A stretch of 64,000 bases of DNA from Candidatus Micrarchaeota archaeon (GCA_021797745.1 JAJZZD010000001.1:197459-261458); one strand, 5' to 3'. Counted from the stretch's first letter, positions 1-9,384 are shown. Numbers and translations are program-made. Notes: generated by a model not told the origin, from the sequence alone.

Positions 1-757
1 ATATTTTCTTTGCCCTTTCAATAACTTTCTTTTTAACTTTTGAAGGTAAAGAAGCCCAGCGGTCTCCAAATAAAAATGAAAACAGTTTATATGAAGATAC
101 AGAGTTTATGAAATTTCCTTTCCTGTCAAAACACGGCGTAATGTCTATTTTTGACTCAATTTCCTCGCTGTAGTAAGGAATTCTGCATTTCCTCAAAGCG
201 AATTTTAATAAAGTTCCAGTTGTTTTGCCTCCGCCTACTAATCTCTTCAATTGTGTGTGCGGACTCTTTTCACTTCTTATTACAATTACTGCCACGCCCC
301 CAGAATTGAGTAATTTGTAAATTTTATTTAGTGGGTTGCCCCTCTTTTTCGTTTTCCAGCCTTTAATAAAATAAAGCGAATTAAGTGCAAGTATCACATC
401 TGCTTTTTTCGGCTTGCACGAATTCGCTTCAAATTTTTTAATGTATGCTTGTGTAATTTTCTTTTCAAGATGCGCCTCTCTGGCGTGTTGCATGAATTTT
501 TTGTACATCGTTTTCGAAGGGTCCACATACTCTATTTCAATTAGCCTCTTTATTTTTGAGTCCAGATTCTTGATTATTTCAAGATCACCATCGCCGTTTC
601 CTCCCCCTATGCATAGCACTTTCAAATTTTCTTTTCGACGCATATTGTTGAGCATTATCGAAATATGTCTGCTTGCAACCTTTTTTTGGTCGGTGTGGCT
701 TAGGTAATTTTCGTAAAAATCCGAGCGATTGCCAAAAAAGGATTTTACATCTTTCAT
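1..757 (-). CDS. class I SAM-dependent methyltransferase, partial (C-terminus lies beyond window start)
   Basis: Own translation of the minus strand from ATG at 757: MKDVKSFFGNRSDFYENYL...KVLCIGGGNGDGDLEII (GxGxG SAM motif I)...ADVILALNSLYF...LNSGGVAVIVI. The frame stays open to position 1. It is absent from the ORF track because no stop lies in the window. Confidence 0.6.
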   Translation of the reverse strand, partial: MKDVKSFFGNRSDFYENYLSHTDQKKVASRHISIMLNNMRRKENLKVLCIGGGNGDGDLEIIKNLDSKIKRLIEIEYVDPSKTMYKKFMQHAREAHLEKKITQAYIKKFEANSCKPKKADVILALNSLYFIKGWKTKKRGNPLNKIYKLLNSGGVAVIVIRSEKSPHTQLKRLVGGGKTTGTLLKFALRKCRIPYYSEEIESKIDITPCFDRKGNFINSVSSYKLFSFLFGDRWASLPSKVKKKVIERAKKI

Positions 758-765
758 AAACGTTC

Positions 766-1485
766 CTATTTAATTAGAGTAGTGCAGTGTTCTTCGTCGA
801 ATTGTGTATCGAAATCGCCCTTTAATAAATTATTGCCGTTCACTATGTAAGTTGCCACGTTTTTATTGACCGCGTATCTCAGTCTTCTTATTTTATCGCG
901 CATTCCTCCTTTTATGTATGAAAACTTTTCGTAGTCATCTGCTTTGAATGATTTTATTGTATTACTGCTCTTGTCGAGTATTCCGTTTGTATCTGTTGCA
1001 ACGATCAATTTAGATGTCCCATACGCTGCTATATATGCTGCGATGGTGTCACTGGATATTGTACAAAATAAAATATTTTTATCAAGTGTGCATCCGCCCA
1101 TAGTTATAATTGGCATTTTTTTAATTGCTTTTTCATTATACCATGAAATTTCATGGCTTCTTTTGTTTCCTTTCGTTTCTTTTATGAATAAAGCCAAAGC
1201 GCTAATCACATTTACATTGATTTTATCTCTTATGAGCTTAAACCTATCTTCAGTTAATTTTGTTATTCTTTCAAATCCCTGTATCCGAATATTGAGAGGG
1301 CCTTTCGAATTCAAATTAAAATCGTTTGTGATTTTGTGCAGATTAGACCCACAGCCAAGCACAAAAACCAAATTTTTTCCTAAGTTCTTGGTGAATACTT
1401 TATAAAGTTTAAGCAGCTTTGCTGTATCTAATTCGTTGTTTTTTTTATACAAAAGTGAACCTCCTATTTTCACTACAGTTTTCAT
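766..1485 (-). CDS. ipk: isopentenyl phosphate kinase (amino-acid-kinase fold)
   Basis: 239 aa with N-terminal VKIGGS, GCGSNLH and VATDTNGI motifs of the amino acid kinase family. It is adjacent to two prenyl diphosphate synthases. Confidence 0.75.
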   Translation of the reverse strand: MKTVVKIGGSLLYKKNNELDTAKLLKLYKVFTKNLGKNLVFVLGCGSNLHKITNDFNLNSKGPLNIRIQGFERITKLTEDRFKLIRDKINVNVISALALFIKETKGNKRSHEISWYNEKAIKKMPIITMGGCTLDKNILFCTISSDTIAAYIAAYGTSKLIVATDTNGILDKSSNTIKSFKADDYEKFSYIKGGMRDKIRRLRYAVNKNVATYIVNGNNLLKGDFDTQFDEEHCTTLIK

Positions 1486-1504
1486 TTAATCAGCACTTAG
1501 GTAG

Positions 1505-2590
1505 CTATTTATTTCTTTTAACTATCGCGCTGAACGAATCTCTTGCTATATTTTTGACATTTGACTCGGCAATATGTTCTGTAAGCTTATTAAAAGATTC
1601 AAGTGCATCATTTCCCATTCTTTCTGCCTCTTTCTGTGCATAGTCTATAGATCCCAGTTCTTTAAATGCAGATAAAACAAATTGCACATCTTTTTCAGTC
1701 TTATTTTTTCTATCTTTTGCGTATATCTCCTTTAGTTTTTTCAAAGTTTCAGTTGATGCGTTTTGAACCGCATGCCATAAAATTATTGTTTTGACCCCCT
1801 CTCTGACATCATTTCCTACTGATTTTCCTAGAACTTCGTCAGTTGATGCGCAATCTAGTATATCATCTTTTATCTGAAATGCATTGCCTATTGGAATGCC
1901 GTATTCTTTTATTTTCTCTACTTCTTGATTGTCGGCTTCTGCAATTATTGCTCCTTGCTGCATAGGTCCGTATACACTATAACAAGCAGATTTTGCATGT
2001 ATTGATTGATAATAGTCTTCTGGAGTAAATTTTGTTATATCTTTGATTTCTGTAGTGAGCCGAATATCGTAGTATTGACCTATGTGCGTAGTCTTCATTA
2101 TTTCATATAACTTATCGATATATCTTTTTTTAGTTTCTTTATTCATTTTTTCAGTTACATCATAAGTCATTCTCCACATTATCGTGTGCAGTAAATCTCC
2201 TGCAGTAATTGCATACACCGGCCCATAAAGAACGTGGGCTGCAGGCAGTCCTCTGCGCAGCGTATTATTGTCCATCCAATCATCATGCATCAGGAAATAA
2301 TCTTCCGAGATTTGTTGCACTGCAGCAGGCAATAATGTGCGTTCTTCATTTCCACCATAGAGCAAATTCCAGAGAACTACATATGCAGGTCTTCTATATT
2401 GCCCTTTTCTATCTACGTAAGAGCGCACCATTTTTATGAACTCTGTTGGCTCGCCTTCTGGCATGTAGTCTACTAATTTGGCATATATTTTATCCTTGTA
2501 GAAACCTACAAAATCATTGAACGTAACTATATCTTTCAAAGCACTGGCGTTCTGATTAACCATTATACCACCATCATATTTTAACGCCAA
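1505..2590 (-). CDS. trans-polyprenyl diphosphate synthase (GGPP/GFPP synthase-like)
   Basis: 361 aa with Asp-rich motifs LMHDDWMDNNTLRRG and FQIKDDILD. Confidence 0.85.
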   Translation of the reverse strand: MALKYDGGIMVNQNASALKDIVTFNDFVGFYKDKIYAKLVDYMPEGEPTEFIKMVRSYVDRKGQYRRPAYVVLWNLLYGGNEERTLLPAAVQQISEDYFLMHDDWMDNNTLRRGLPAAHVLYGPVYAITAGDLLHTIMWRMTYDVTEKMNKETKKRYIDKLYEIMKTTHIGQYYDIRLTTEIKDITKFTPEDYYQSIHAKSACYSVYGPMQQGAIIAEADNQEVEKIKEYGIPIGNAFQIKDDILDCASTDEVLGKSVGNDVREGVKTIILWHAVQNASTETLKKLKEIYAKDRKNKTEKDVQFVLSAFKELGSIDYAQKEAERMGNDALESFNKLTEHIAESNVKNIARDSFSAIVKRNK

Positions 2591-2681
2591 CCTACATATA
2601 AATAAGTATTGAATCTATGCTAACTGACGAAGCCCTGCACACCAATTAAAAACCCTGTGTTTTTGATATCGTGATGATAGC

Positions 2682-3773
2682 ATGAGCAAAGACGTAAACG
2701 AAGAAGAAAATATCGCTGATTATCTCAAGCGAAGAGCATCTGATGTAAATAATGCAATAGACAAATACTTGAACGATGCAACGTCTTCAAGAAATCTTGA
2801 TGCAATTTTGGGAAAAAGCGGATACAAATACGATTCAGAAGCCATAAGAAAAAGCATAGTCGAACCATCAAATTATCTTTTCAAGCAAGGCGGCAAGAGG
2901 CTGCGGCCCGTACTAATGCTTACTATAATAGACGCACTCGGAAAGGACTCTGACAATTATATTGAGTTTTCAATAATTCCTGAAATAATACACACTGGCA
3001 CGCTCATACATGACGATATGGAAGATAACTCCAAAGTAAGACGGTCCGGAGCAGCTGTTCACGTAAAATACGGAAATGATGTTGCCTTGAATCTAGGAGA
3101 TTTCATGTTCTATTTCCCAATGCTTGCATTATTAAAAAGCGATAAAATAGACGACTCTGAAAAGCAAAAAGTACTTGACATTTACATAAGCGATATGATG
3201 AAGATAGGTTTAGGACAGGCAACAGACCTTGCATGGCACAATGGCCAGGTAAATCCTGCACACATCACTGAAGAAAAATATCTGCAAATGGTACACTCAA
3301 AAACAGGAGTTCTTTTAGGAATGGCTGCCAAATTTGGCGGAGTATTTGGAGGTGCTAACGATAAAGCCATAGAATCATTAGGAACTTTTGCATCAACAAT
3401 AGGCGTGGCGTTCCAAATCCAAGATGATCTGTTAAACATATATCCAAGCGGAGTTTCTGAAAGCAAAGGCGGCGTGGGTGACGATATAACCGAAGGGAAA
3501 ATTACGCTTTTGGTAATACATGCTCTTCAACATTCTAATGACTCTGATAAAAAACGACTTGTTGAAATATTGAGTTTGCACACTGGAGATAAAAAACTAA
3601 TTAACGAAGCAATAAACATAATAGACAAATCCGGGGCCAAGGAATATGTTCAAAAGAAGAGCGCGCAGCTTGTGCAAGACGCATGGAACGACGTAAGTAA
3701 GAATATTCCTGAATCATATGCCAAAAACAAACTTAAGCAAATCGCAGAATTCGTAATACAAAGAAGCATCTAA
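2682..3773 (+). CDS. trans-polyprenyl diphosphate synthase (second paralogue)
   Basis: 363 aa with Asp-rich motifs LIHDDMEDNSKVRRSG and FQIQDDLLN, plus the KRLRP motif. Confidence 0.85.
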   Translation: MSKDVNEEENIADYLKRRASDVNNAIDKYLNDATSSRNLDAILGKSGYKYDSEAIRKSIVEPSNYLFKQGGKRLRPVLMLTIIDALGKDSDNYIEFSIIPEIIHTGTLIHDDMEDNSKVRRSGAAVHVKYGNDVALNLGDFMFYFPMLALLKSDKIDDSEKQKVLDIYISDMMKIGLGQATDLAWHNGQVNPAHITEEKYLQMVHSKTGVLLGMAAKFGGVFGGANDKAIESLGTFASTIGVAFQIQDDLLNIYPSGVSESKGGVGDDITEGKITLLVIHALQHSNDSDKKRLVEILSLHTGDKKLINEAINIIDKSGAKEYVQKKSAQLVQDAWNDVSKNIPESYAKNKLKQIAEFVIQRSI

Positions 3774-4444
3774 CTTAATTTTTCATTAACGTCATATTTG
3801 CAATTTTTATTTATCGGGCAGTTTTCGCACAAAGGTTCCTTTTTGCAGTAGTTCTTCGCCAGCTCAACGAACTGCGCATGGAAATCCTTGTACAAAGTTA
3901 CGTCAGTTTGTATCTTTTCCTGTATCAGTTTCTGCAGGTTCTGATACTCCAGCTCCTTTTCCTTAAATCCATACACTCTGCCCATTATCCTTTTTGTGTA
4001 CGCGTCTATCACAAATACCGGTTTTTCCGCCGCATAAAGGATTATCGAATCAGCAGTTTCATTCCCTATCCCATTTAATGAAAGAAGTTCCTTCCTGAGC
4101 TCCTTTTCATTCTTTCTGAACATCTTGTCCAGCGTTCCGTATCTTTTAATTACGTGCGATGCAAATCCTTTCAGTCGCGATGCTTTTTGTTTGTAGAAAC
4201 CGCTAGGCCTTATCAGCTCTTCTAAGTATGCAGTTTTGCATGCTGCGATTTTGCTTATGCTGAGCACGTTTTCTTCCTTCAGATTTTTGATTGCCTTCTC
4301 TACGTTTTTCCAGCTTGTGTTCTGGGTAAGAATTGCCCCTATCACAATTTCGTCCTTAGTTTCGCCCGGCCACCAGTTCAGGAATCCAAACCTCGATTTC
4401 ATGGTCAGGTAAAGCCTTCCTAATTTCACCGTTTTTGCTTTCAT
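3770..4444 (-). CDS. endonuclease III-related HhH-GPD base-excision repair protein
   Basis: 224 aa with the helix-hairpin-helix segment LNGIGNETADSIILYA and a C-terminal Cys cluster CKKEPLCENCPINKNC (4Fe-4S loop type). Confidence 0.75.
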   Translation of the reverse strand: MKAKTVKLGRLYLTMKSRFGFLNWWPGETKDEIVIGAILTQNTSWKNVEKAIKNLKEENVLSISKIAACKTAYLEELIRPSGFYKQKASRLKGFASHVIKRYGTLDKMFRKNEKELRKELLSLNGIGNETADSIILYAAEKPVFVIDAYTKRIMGRVYGFKEKELEYQNLQKLIQEKIQTDVTLYKDFHAQFVELAKNYCKKEPLCENCPINKNCKYDVNEKLS

Positions 4445-4479
4445 GCGATCCTGCCGAAGTTAAAAATCAGAAGCAGACT

Positions 4480-4944
4480 CTATATCTTTAGCTCTCCGGA
4501 TTCGACTTTCTTCATTGCCTCCAGCGCCGGCATGCCCTCAACAGTTACGCCCATGCTCTTGCACGTTCCTATCACTTGCTTTATCTTCGCCTTGTCGCCG
4601 CCGTAGAGCGAGGCTTCCTTCGATTTTATTATTTTCTTGAGCTGGTCTATTGTTATGTTTCCTATTATCTCATCTTTTGCCTTCGCGCCCTTCTGCACGC
4701 CTATCTCCTTGAATATCAGCGCGCTCGTCGGAGGCAGTCCCACTTCTATCCTGTAACTCTTAGTGCTAGAATCTACAAGCACCTTCACAGGTATCTTTAT
4801 GCCTGAAAACATGTTTGTCTGCGCATTTATGTCTGCGATTATTTTCGCTACGTTTACTCCCAGCGGTCCTAGCGCAGGTCCGAAAGGCGGCCCGCTTGTC
4901 GCCTTTCCTCCCTCTATCAATCCGTTTATTGTTATCTCTCCCAT
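4480..4944 (-). CDS. rpl11: 50S ribosomal protein L11 (uL11)
   Basis: 154 aa with the GKATSGPPFGPALGPLGVN signature. It lies directly downstream of spt5. Confidence 0.95.
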   Translation of the reverse strand: MGEITINGLIEGGKATSGPPFGPALGPLGVNVAKIIADINAQTNMFSGIKIPVKVLVDSSTKSYRIEVGLPPTSALIFKEIGVQKGAKAKDEIIGNITIDQLKKIIKSKEASLYGGDKAKIKQVIGTCKSMGVTVEGMPALEAMKKVESGELKI

Positions 4945-4945
4945 T

Positions 4946-5398
4946 TCAGCTACCTGGTTTTTCAGCTTTTTTGATGACCCTCGCAGTGTTCGCCTTTGTA
5001 GTCACAGGTATAGGCACAGCGACGTCCATAAGCTCTACAGTGATTTCATCTTTTGTCTGCGCTATCTTTATTACCTTTGCCTTATACCCTTTGAAAGGCC
5101 CTCCTGTGAACTCGATCTCGTCGTTAATGCCTATTTCCTGGCTCGACGCCTTGACCTCGAGCATCCTTGTCAGGTCCTCTTCGCCCAGCGGTTTGGGAAG
5201 CATGCCTTTTACATGCGGCTCGTCCATTATCAGGTTTCTTACAGTATTCTCGTCATTTGCCTCGACTATCAGATAGCCTCTCATTCCCTCTGACAGTACG
5301 ATTGAATAAATATCTGCATTGGATTTCTCCGACTTATTCTGAAGTATGTCTGCCGTAATCCTTTCCTGGCTCGATGTTACCCTTACTACATAATACAC
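4946..5398 (-). CDS. spt5: transcription elongation factor Spt5 (NusG)
   Basis: 150 aa with an NGN domain followed by a KOW motif (GPFKGYKAKVIKI). GTG start. Shows the spt5-rpl11 synteny. Confidence 0.9.
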   Translation of the reverse strand: MYYVVRVTSSQERITADILQNKSEKSNADIYSIVLSEGMRGYLIVEANDENTVRNLIMDEPHVKGMLPKPLGEEDLTRMLEVKASSQEIGINDEIEFTGGPFKGYKAKVIKIAQTKDEITVELMDVAVPIPVTTKANTARVIKKAEKPGS

Positions 5399-5562
5399 TT
5401 AATTCACTTTTATTCCGCAGATATCTTCTTGGTTTTTCTGTGCCTTTATTCAGTATTTAAAACTGCCGTAACTATGTTAATACATAATAAAAAGGCAATA
5501 TATAGAGATTCTTTAAATTTAAAAAGACATATGCAGGCCAGACCTGCTGCTGTGATTGCGTG

Positions 5563-6555
5563 ATGGGCGTTAAAGTGAATGAGAAAAATGCTGAGCGGGT
5601 GAAACGCTACCTTATGCATAAAAATATTTTCGACACGCACCTACGGGTTTTCCGTAAGGGCGGTTTCATCTATTTTCCAATTGGCAAAGCATCAGCAGAT
5701 GCGAGCATGACAATAAAAGAAATGGGCGGAACGATGTTAAACGCAAAATTCGGAAGCCAGGGCACGCAGGGGCTCGGGAAAATGCCTAACAAAGACATTG
5801 CAAAATCCTACGACATACTAGGAAACATTGCCGTTCTTGGCTGCAAGCCAGAGTACGCTAAAAAGCTTGCGTCAATCGTGCTGAAAAGCAACAAAAGAGT
5901 AAAGACCGTTCTTCTCAAAGGCGGTGCAGTAAGCGGCAGATACAGAACTAGAAAATACGTCTTCGTGTCAGGAACCAGGAATTTCATAGCCGACTACCGG
6001 GAAAACGGATGCTCGTTCAGGTTCGATGTAAGGAAGGTTTTCTTTTCGCCGCGGCTCTCGTTCGAAAGAAACAGGATAGCCTGCGCGTCTAGGAACGGCG
6101 AAAACGTAATGGTGATGTTTGCCGGCGTTGGCCCCTTTGCAATAGAAATCGCAAACAAAAACAAGGAGTCTAAGGTCGTTGCCATAGAGCTCAACAAAAC
6201 AGCATATAAATATCTCCTTGAAAACATAGCTCTCAACAAAACAGGCAATGTTTCTGCTGAACTCGGCGATGTCAAAAAGCTTGCAGTAAAGTACGAAGGC
6301 TTTGCTGACAGGATAGTGATGCCCCTGCCTAAAACGTCTTCGCATTTCTTGGATTCTGCGCTTGCTGTAGCGAGGAAAAAATGCATAATACATTACTATA
6401 CCTTCTGCGGTTACGATGAGAAGGAGCACCGCGTGTCGGAGATAAAAAAGTCAGTAGAAGCTGAAAAGCGGAAGTTCAGGCTTCTGAAGCTCCGGGTTGT
6501 GCGGCCATATTCCAGAAGCACTGTCGAGATAGTGATAGATTTTGCAGTTTACTGA
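5563..6555 (+). CDS. trm5: tRNA (guanine37-N1)-methyltransferase Trm5/Taw2 family
   Basis: About 330 aa with the Met-10+ type motifs FRFDVRKVFFSPRLSFERNRIA and VMVMFAGVGPFAIEIA. Confidence 0.8.
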   Translation: MGVKVNEKNAERVKRYLMHKNIFDTHLRVFRKGGFIYFPIGKASADASMTIKEMGGTMLNAKFGSQGTQGLGKMPNKDIAKSYDILGNIAVLGCKPEYAKKLASIVLKSNKRVKTVLLKGGAVSGRYRTRKYVFVSGTRNFIADYRENGCSFRFDVRKVFFSPRLSFERNRIACASRNGENVMVMFAGVGPFAIEIANKNKESKVVAIELNKTAYKYLLENIALNKTGNVSAELGDVKKLAVKYEGFADRIVMPLPKTSSHFLDSALAVARKKCIIHYYTFCGYDEKEHRVSEIKKSVEAEKRKFRLLKLRVVRPYSRSTVEIVIDFAVY

Positions 6556-6613
6556 AAAGCCTAGAGGAAACTACCGATAAATGTATAAATATACCCAATG
6601 ATAATAAACATCG

Positions 6614-9280
6614 ATGCGAATACAGACAGCTCTCGAGTTCCTGCTCACGTATTCCTGGGCATTTGTGATAATAGGACTTGCTGTTGCCGTAGTGTTCCTG
6701 ACCATAATGAGCCCGATACAGGGCACAACCGTTTCGCCGTCATACTGCTACATAGAACCGTCACTTCCATGCTCGCAGGCCGCGATAGTGTCCAATTCAA
6801 ACTCAACCCAGTTCTACGTGGTATTCCAGAACAACCTCGGAATTACGATGCAATTCCAGTCTGATGCGTTGGAAGTTGTGCCTTCTATAAACCTAAACAA
6901 GAGCACCGGCAGCTGCTATCCGAGCACAGCGCCGCAGGGCGCAATAGTGACGTGCAATGCCACGATAAGCAGCAAACCAACGGCGCTTGGGGCGCAATTC
7001 AACCCCACATTCACTATTAACTACGAGCTGTGCTCACCTACCTGCGTAAAAAACACATACGGAACAACTGGCACGGCTGTGACGTTCTCTAGGCCTTTGT
7101 CTTCGTTCGTTTTAGTCAGTCTTTTCGTTAACCCTTCAGGTGCTGGCAAGGTCGCGCTCAACGGAGTTCAGTATCCGAGCGGGTCCAATGTGCTTCTGTC
7201 ACTCGGCACACACTACACGCTTTACGCAGTGAATAACCCCCGCTATACGTTCAGTTCCTGGGCGTGCAGCGGAACCGGCTGCTATTCGGGCTCTAACCAG
7301 ATGTTTACGCTAGTCGTCAACAACGCGATGACCGAGACTGCAGAATTCACATCTACTTCTTCTTCAACGTCTTCAACAACTTCTTCCACAGTTTCGTCCA
7401 CAACTTCTACAAGCACAACTTCGACCTCAACATCGTCCACTGCGACTACCACAGTTCCAAGCACTTACATCTACGCCGTAGGAAGCTACCCAAATGCCAG
7501 TGCTATTGGGTCCATGACTAACTCGACTTACTTTGCGGGGTTGGGAAGCGGCGGTATTGGCGCATGGACGCAGACCGCAACGCTTCCGATAAAATTCAAC
7601 CCAGGGCACGGATGCAACATATACAACAACTACATATATTGCGTCGGATTTGCGCCGACCGGAGGCAGCAACAACTTGTCCTTTTACGCTCCTATATCGA
7701 GTTCAGGCATAGGTTCATGGCAATCTACAACGCGCATTCCATATATAAACGGCAGCATAGTTGTCTTGATGAACAATCAAGGATGTTCGATATTCAATGG
7801 TTATATTTACTGCATTGGTGCAGAAACACAAGGAACTTACGTAAACATTTATGCTCCAGTTTCGAGTTCGGGAATCGGCGGCTGGTCTGAAACCTCTTCT
7901 TTTCCGAGCCAGACAGGAGGCGGATACGAAACTTCATGCGCAGTAAATCCAAGCTACATATACTGCGTCGGATTAGGTGGCTTCAACAACTCTTATTACG
8001 CCGGATTGGGGAGCTCTGGAATAGAAGCTTGGACAAAAACTACTCCTTACCCATTGGCGGCGACCGGTGGAGAAACGAGCTGCACGATTTACAACGGTTA
8101 CATTTATTGCATTGATTCTGGAGTTCAGCCGCACAACCAGTCATATTACGCTTCCGTGTCGAGTCAGGGGATAGGCGCCTGGGAAAAGACTACAAGTTAC
8201 CCGCTGGGTTCATCTAACAAACTGGACAGCATAAGCTGCGACATATACAACGGTTACATTTACTGCATTGGCGGGACCACGGATAATGTACATTCTGCAG
8301 CCTACTATGCTCCGGTTTCGAGTTCTGGAATAGGCAGCTGGCAAAGCACAACACAGTTCCCAGGCGGGCTCATCAATGCATGGGCCGAGGTATCAGGATA
8401 CGGAGGCGGTGGGCTGTTTAGCGGGGGAGGACTATCAACCGGAACTACCACAACTTCAACATCGACTAGCACAACAAGCACGTCATCCACATCGACGTCA
8501 TCCACATCGACGTCATCCACATCGACGACAGTAACGTCAACCACAACATCAACAACTACAACTACCAGTGTCACGTCATCTTCGACTTCAACTACAACTA
8601 CAATAACGTGGTCTGTTACTCTGTCATCCTCTGGTACACAGACCTGTGATAACCAAGTCGCATATCTTACAGCCACTGCAAGTCAAACAGTCACAGGTAC
8701 ACCATATGACATATTCATCTATAATGGCACCCATATCGTAGCGACTTGTACAACAGGAAGCACTTGCAGCTTTACCTTTGTTGCAGAAAGCCAGGCAGCT
8801 ACTATAAGTAGTTACTCTTTCACTGCAACAATCGGCAACAGTCAAAAAACTGTTGCAACAAGTAGTCAAGTCACTGAATTGACATATCCAGCAACAGCAG
8901 TAACTATAAGCAACACTAACGACCCATTTGCCGGTACCATATCACAAGTTTATAATTCAGGTAACAGCAAAGGAGTAATATCTACAGGAATAAGCGTTAC
9001 TGCTCAAGACTACTACTGTACTTCACAGAACCTTGTTAACGGAGCATGTACTTCTTGGACGTATGCCTCGGCTTCGCAGACAACAGATTCAAATGGTGCA
9101 TTTTCCATATCTTTGCCTTCGGGCGCAGAGATTGGAACATGGTGCGTTAATGCTACTTCGCAATCCCCTTATTGCTCGTACTTTCAGGATGGCGGCACTA
9201 CAAATACGAATCCGGCCGGTACTTATCCTGATGCTCCGACTATCTGCTTCACATATAGCGGGCCAGAAGTGCCTCCTTAA
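6614..9280 (+). CDS. large surface protein: class III (pilin-type) leader, B-repeat-like module, six Kelch-like repeats, two Ser/Thr linkers, C-terminal domain
   Basis: 888 aa. The N-terminus is MRIQTALEFLLTYSWAFVIIGLAVAVVFL. Six repeats have xYIYC[VI]G...YYAP[VI]SSSGIG.W..T (first and fifth blades deviate: YIYAVG, YIYCID). Poly-Ser/Thr tracts are coded at about 7345-7460 and 8440-8605. Confidence 0.85.
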   Translation: MRIQTALEFLLTYSWAFVIIGLAVAVVFLTIMSPIQGTTVSPSYCYIEPSLPCSQAAIVSNSNSTQFYVVFQNNLGITMQFQSDALEVVPSINLNKSTGSCYPSTAPQGAIVTCNATISSKPTALGAQFNPTFTINYELCSPTCVKNTYGTTGTAVTFSRPLSSFVLVSLFVNPSGAGKVALNGVQYPSGSNVLLSLGTHYTLYAVNNPRYTFSSWACSGTGCYSGSNQMFTLVVNNAMTETAEFTSTSSSTSSTTSSTVSSTTSTSTTSTSTSSTATTTVPSTYIYAVGSYPNASAIGSMTNSTYFAGLGSGGIGAWTQTATLPIKFNPGHGCNIYNNYIYCVGFAPTGGSNNLSFYAPISSSGIGSWQSTTRIPYINGSIVVLMNNQGCSIFNGYIYCIGAETQGTYVNIYAPVSSSGIGGWSETSSFPSQTGGGYETSCAVNPSYIYCVGLGGFNNSYYAGLGSSGIEAWTKTTPYPLAATGGETSCTIYNGYIYCIDSGVQPHNQSYYASVSSQGIGAWEKTTSYPLGSSNKLDSISCDIYNGYIYCIGGTTDNVHSAAYYAPVSSSGIGSWQSTTQFPGGLINAWAEVSGYGGGGLFSGGGLSTGTTTTSTSTSTTSTSSTSTSSTSTSSTSTTVTSTTTSTTTTTSVTSSSTSTTTTITWSVTLSSSGTQTCDNQVAYLTATASQTVTGTPYDIFIYNGTHIVATCTTGSTCSFTFVAESQAATISSYSFTATIGNSQKTVATSSQVTELTYPATAVTISNTNDPFAGTISQVYNSGNSKGVISTGISVTAQDYYCTSQNLVNGACTSWTYASASQTTDSNGAFSISLPSGAEIGTWCVNATSQSPYCSYFQDGGTTNTNPAGTYPDAPTICFTYSGPEVPP
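8481..8525. repeat. perfect 15-bp tandem repeat x3 (cgtcatccacatcga) inside the second Ser/Thr linker
   Basis: Read directly from the sequence: three identical consecutive 15-mers, in frame, encoding repeated STSTS-type units. Confidence 0.9.
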
Positions 9281-9326
9281 ATGACCATCAGGGTCGAGCT
9301 AAAACCAAACAAGCATTAACTTGCTG

Positions 9327-9333
9327 TTTTTTT
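9327..9333 (+). terminator. oligo-T tract downstream of the 888-aa gene
   Basis: A run of seven T residues 47 nt after the stop codon. Archaeal terminators are typically oligo-T. Confidence 0.35.
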
Positions 9334-9384
9334 GATTACGAAGCGCCTGACACGATAATGCCAACCAATTTCGTCGCTCTTTGA

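Noticed and set aside
414-707. 97-aa plus-strand ORF from the track
   Set aside because: It lies antisense to, and entirely inside, the methyltransferase frame that I translated on the minus strand. It has a low-complexity Phe/Ser/Ile composition and a TTG start, so it is most likely a shadow ORF.
5446-5640. 64-aa minus-strand ORF upstream of spt5, considered as SecE (expected secE-spt5-rpl11 synteny)
   Set aside because: The sequence (His-rich and Cys-containing) does not resemble the archaeal SecE/Sec61-gamma layout of an amphipathic N-terminus plus a single C-terminal TM. It also overlaps the trm5 start, so it is probably non-coding promoter DNA.
7282-8676. Periodic short repeats in the Ser/Thr-coding tracts and the Val/Asp-rich antisense ORFs drawn through them; checked for a CRISPR-like or minisatellite locus
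   Set aside because: The repeats are in frame within a long, well-supported coding sequence. They lack constant-length spacers and unique spacer content. The antisense ORFs are mirror images of ACN/TCN codons.
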